The notes below the pieces were generated by a model. The model did no database searches. It saw only the letters and a program-made list of their open reading frames with translations, and was not told the DNA's origin. From contig OZ037771.1 of NCBI GenBank assembly GCA_964035545.1, forward strand, positions 14,321,133-14,385,132: DNA of 64,000 bases. Direction: 5' to 3'. This document shows, in pieces, positions 61,301-64,000 of the stretch (positions are counted from its first letter, which is position 1; each line of letters starts with the position of its first letter). The translations under genes and the position numbers were made by a program. Origin of the DNA: Bugula neritina. Taxonomy: Eukaryota > Animalia > Bryozoa.

Positions 61301-63122
61301 TAAAAGTATACAAAATATTTTGTCTGCCAAATTCACTTGGATTAAGTAATGGAGATGAAGTAATGGAGATAGAGTAATGTAGTTACAGTAATGGTGATAG
61401 CGTAATGGAAATATTATAGTATTGGAGTAATAGCGATGAAGCAAACTCAAGATAGATAGAGAGTTCATAGAAATGCTAGAAACAGTCAACAGTAAACACT
61501 GAAATACCAAAGAGAACAAGAAACCCTCAAGTAGAATACCTGTATAATGATTAGTGTGAAATGCAACTGATCACATGTTTAAAACTATAAAAAGTCTAAT
61601 AGAACTACTTAGGAAGGCTGATAAAACCAAAACACCCCCAACATGTGAGGGAGGAGTTACTATTTCACACATCTGCACTATACAGGCAAGTTGGTGCTTA
61701 TCGAATCAATTTACCGCAAGTTGTTTGAAGAAGGTGTTGCTAGAAACACCCTCTTTCTTTCCATTTTAGCCAAATGTGCGACATAGACTGGACTGAAATG
61801 TGATCGTACCATGAGTATACAGACTATATGACAATAAGATTGAAGAATATGACTATACAAATGGTATGTGCATCTGTAGAATATTAGATAGTATGTGGCA
61901 AAACTTTTTTAGAGTATCTCCTAAATTTCTTTCCACCTTTTTACACAGTATACTTCACAGTTTTAGTAAGCAACTCGAATTTCATGCATATAATTCTAGT
62001 CACATGACACACGGTCACATGACACATTGTCACATGATGCATTGTGACATGTTCACATGACTTGTAGTTTAGCACATCCTCTAAAGTATCATCATTAGCT
62101 GTCCTTCGTGTCCGAAGATGACTTCCGGTGAATCATGGTCCTCCATTTACATCTGTCTTTGCTGAGAGATTGCCAGCTACCAATAGGGATCTTCAGGTCT
62201 TTTAGATTGCGTTTAACGGTATCTTTGAATCTCAGTCGCGGCCTGCCAACACCACGGGTGCCTTCTTTCAGTTGTGAATAGAGAATTTGCTTAGGTAATC
62301 TAGAGTTATCCATTCGATGCACATGACCAGCCCATCTCAGGTTTTTGTGAATGAGTAGTTCATACATGCTGGGTAGATTTGCCTGTGCTAGAGTCTCCTC
62401 ATTCGAGATGAAATCCCACCACTTCACGTTCAAGATCTGGCGTAGATGTCTCATCATATAGGTGTTGAATTTGTGAGCGGCTATCCTGTATACAGGCCAG
62501 GCCTCCGCTCCATAGAGCAGAGAGGACAGGACAATGGCTCTGTACACTGTACACTTGGTCTTGAATGACAGATCCTTATTGTACCACACTTTGGTCTTTA
62601 GTCTGCCGAATGAGATTGAAGCATTGGACATCCTTGTATGAATCTCTTCATCCATCTTGTTGTTGCACATCACTGTAGACCCAAGATATTTAAACCTATT
62701 GACGTTGGCAAGGTCTTCATTATCTATGCAGATACTGTCACCACTGTCATGGGCTCCAGGTGCCGGTTGGTAGAGCGTTTGAAAAAATTTAATCAAAATG
62801 ACTTCATTGCAAGCTTTTCTTAGTTTAAACTTGTAGTTAGTTCATATTTAAAACAGGACTCTTTAAAACCAGAAAGCTGCAGAAAGTGGATTGTAGTTGA
62901 CAAAATTTAACATAAGTGATGCACATTCTAGAAAGATCTTCAAGATCTAATAATGTTGAAGTAGCAGAAGATATACTGCTTACTCTAGTGAAGGGTTGAC
63001 CAGTATAACGGGCCGCTTCTGGTCCAGCTCCTTCTTACACAAGGCTTCCAGAGGCTGGAACTTGGGCCCGGGCCGTACGGCACCAGCGTCGTAGAACCCA
63101 TCCTGGATGCTGTTGTTCATGG
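58356..63122 (-). CDS. ARMC3: Armadillo repeat-containing protein 3-like, C-terminal part with EDR1/CTR1/ARMC3 peptidase-like domain (5' end outside window)
   Basis: Minus-strand exons 63122-62984 (IQDGFYDAG..KRPVILVN), 61190-61098, 60780-60757, 59710-59608, 59322-59216 (PPSDP..LAK), 59089-58927 (FVASKMGG..SNVIPLGSIKAGIHTHRALLFK), 58651-58556 (DRIGVSSTLERGEYNRAWN), 58463-58356 (YIVDLMHTPG..stop TAG). Phases are consistent. Confidence 0.85.
62089..62778 (-). mobile_element. 5'-truncated RTE-clade non-LTR retrotransposon (LINE) in an ARMC3 intron, same strand as the host gene
   Basis: The ORF encodes an RT C-terminus/thumb (LYQPAP..FKYLGS..VYRAIVLSSLLYGAEAW..LRWAGHVHRM..RLPKQILYSQLKEGTRGVGRPRLRFKD). 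The stop is followed by a short (TGA)n tail. About 230 codons are uninterrupted. No clear target-site duplication seen. Confidence 0.9.
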
Positions 63123-63682
63123 CTAAAATAACAGAGAGTCAGCGTAACAATCTGGTCTTCTATATGCAAGAGTTGTATATGGTATGAAATATCAGAATTG
63201 ATAGATTCATAGATATTCACAGAAACTACAACATGACAGAAAAGAACACTACAACTACACTAAACTCAGACGTCATTTTATCAGAAAGCTGGGTTAGTAA
63301 AGCTGAAAGCTCGAGTGAGTAAAGTGAGACTGAGAATAACTACTGCATTCAACCTTCCTTCCTTTTAAGCAGATTATTCAAACCCCGCCTGTATTTTTAG
63401 AGTAGAACACGGGGCAGGTTGCTGAGTTGTAAAATAACTAAATGATTGTAACCTTCAACATGCATTTGAGTTTGTAAAGTACCAAAGAAGTGTCGTAGAA
63501 ATAATAAAGGACAACAGAGAATAAACCCAACACGAAAGAAAGAAAAGAAACAGTAGTCCAAGGGCTAAGAAAAAACAACATATAATAGCCCAGGGCTATG
63601 AGCAGACAACACTTATGACAATAATGTCAACTCTAAACTAAGAAAAGCTTGCAATGAAGTCATTTTGATTAATTTTTTTCAA
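62779..63682. repeat. 49-bp inverted repeat pair (62779-62827 and 63634-63682), 48/49 identical
   Basis: ttgaaaaaatttaatcaaaatgacttcattgcaagcttttcttagttta versus taaactaagaaaagcttgcaatgaagtcattttgattaatttttttcaa. Confidence 0.92.
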
Positions 63683-64000
63683 TAACAAAGTGGATATTAT
63701 AGCTTTGCCTAGAAAGTTAATTTCAATCACAACATGAAAATTATATATTATCTGTATTCTTTCAACAAAACAATTTTTCAAATGGTATTAAATGTATAAA
63801 ATATCTTGTTTTAAATTAGACAAGTTCCAACAACAAAAAATGTTTCACTGGAAAAATGCTACAACAAGTTTAGGCAGGCTAAAAGAATAACCATTTATTT
63901 TATGCTAGATAGCAGGAGATGGCTGATGTTTGCATGACGTCTGCACATTACGTCTGCACACAACGTCCTCTACTATTCTGTACTATGCAATTGAAATCAA

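Overview
AT-rich, intron-rich animal genomic DNA from an invertebrate, probably a lophotrochozoan (taxon is inference). Gene order: beta-PIX/ARHGEF7-like RhoGEF (+, 1191-12660); AP-4/TFAP4 bHLH (+, 14410-20438); an intronless, frameshifted class-A GPCR pseudogene (-, 24465-25413); TAF1 (+, 35 exons, 28053-49064); a SHARK/HTK16-type SH2-ANK-SH2 tyrosine kinase (+, 50101-57199); and the 3' part of ARMC3 (-, 58356 to beyond 63122) with a 5'-truncated RTE-type LINE in an intron. Exon structures were built by hand from GT-AG sites, phase continuity and recognisable motifs. The main unexplained pattern is that many introns carry their own private tandem repeat against a splice site. In at least 12 cases the repeat unit contains the splice junction, often with exon bases, giving arrays of up to about 12 decoy donors or acceptors. 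Where I checked, only the exon-proximal copy keeps the frame. One 2-kb intronic satellite resembles the spliced exon-exon junction it interrupts. Other signals: about 19 AP-4 sites (CAGCTG) across the AP-4 gene itself, inverted repeats bracketing TAF1 bromodomain exons and an ARMC3 exon, and an IRF/Blimp-1-like element upstream of SHARK. All counts are by eye, and no database search was run.
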